From Ancylonema sp. (lineage: Eukaryota), in the NCBI GenBank assembly GCA_050230475.1, contig JBFLGF010000198.1, forward strand, positions 58,225-78,224: a stretch of 20,000 bases of DNA. The letters run 5' to 3'. Positions 19,987 to 20,000 of this stretch are shown here, one piece after another. The notes below the pieces were generated by a model. The model made no database searches, had not been told where the DNA came from, and worked only from the letters and a program-made list of their open reading frames with translations. The position numbers and the translations under genes were made by a program. Position 1 is the stretch's first letter. Every line of letters starts with the position of its first letter.

Positions 19987-20000
19987 TGTGAGGGCGAGGG

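Overview
Eukaryotic (streptophyte plant or charophyte-alga-like, inferred) genomic window. 909-6919 (+) is a complete 10-exon SBP-box transcription factor gene of the SPL7 (copper-homeostasis) type, about 1087 aa, assembled by hand from GT-AG junctions. Downstream is a transposon nest. It has two inverted copies of a hAT-type MITE with 8-bp TSDs (7172-7439, 16288-16534) and a solo LTR with its own TSD GCATC (7723-8003). It also has a full-length but frameshifted Ty1/Copia retrotransposon on the minus strand (10883-16251, TSD CCAAC, iMet PBS, PPT). Between the solo LTR and the Copia lies a nearly perfect 4 x 790-bp tandem array (LTR + 509-bp spacer carrying a second MITE family). The internal LTRs of the array have chimeric flanks (CCAAC left, GCATC right), the signature of unequal recombination between two independent insertions of one LTR family. 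The last 1.6 kb probably holds 3' exons of an unidentified minus-strand gene.
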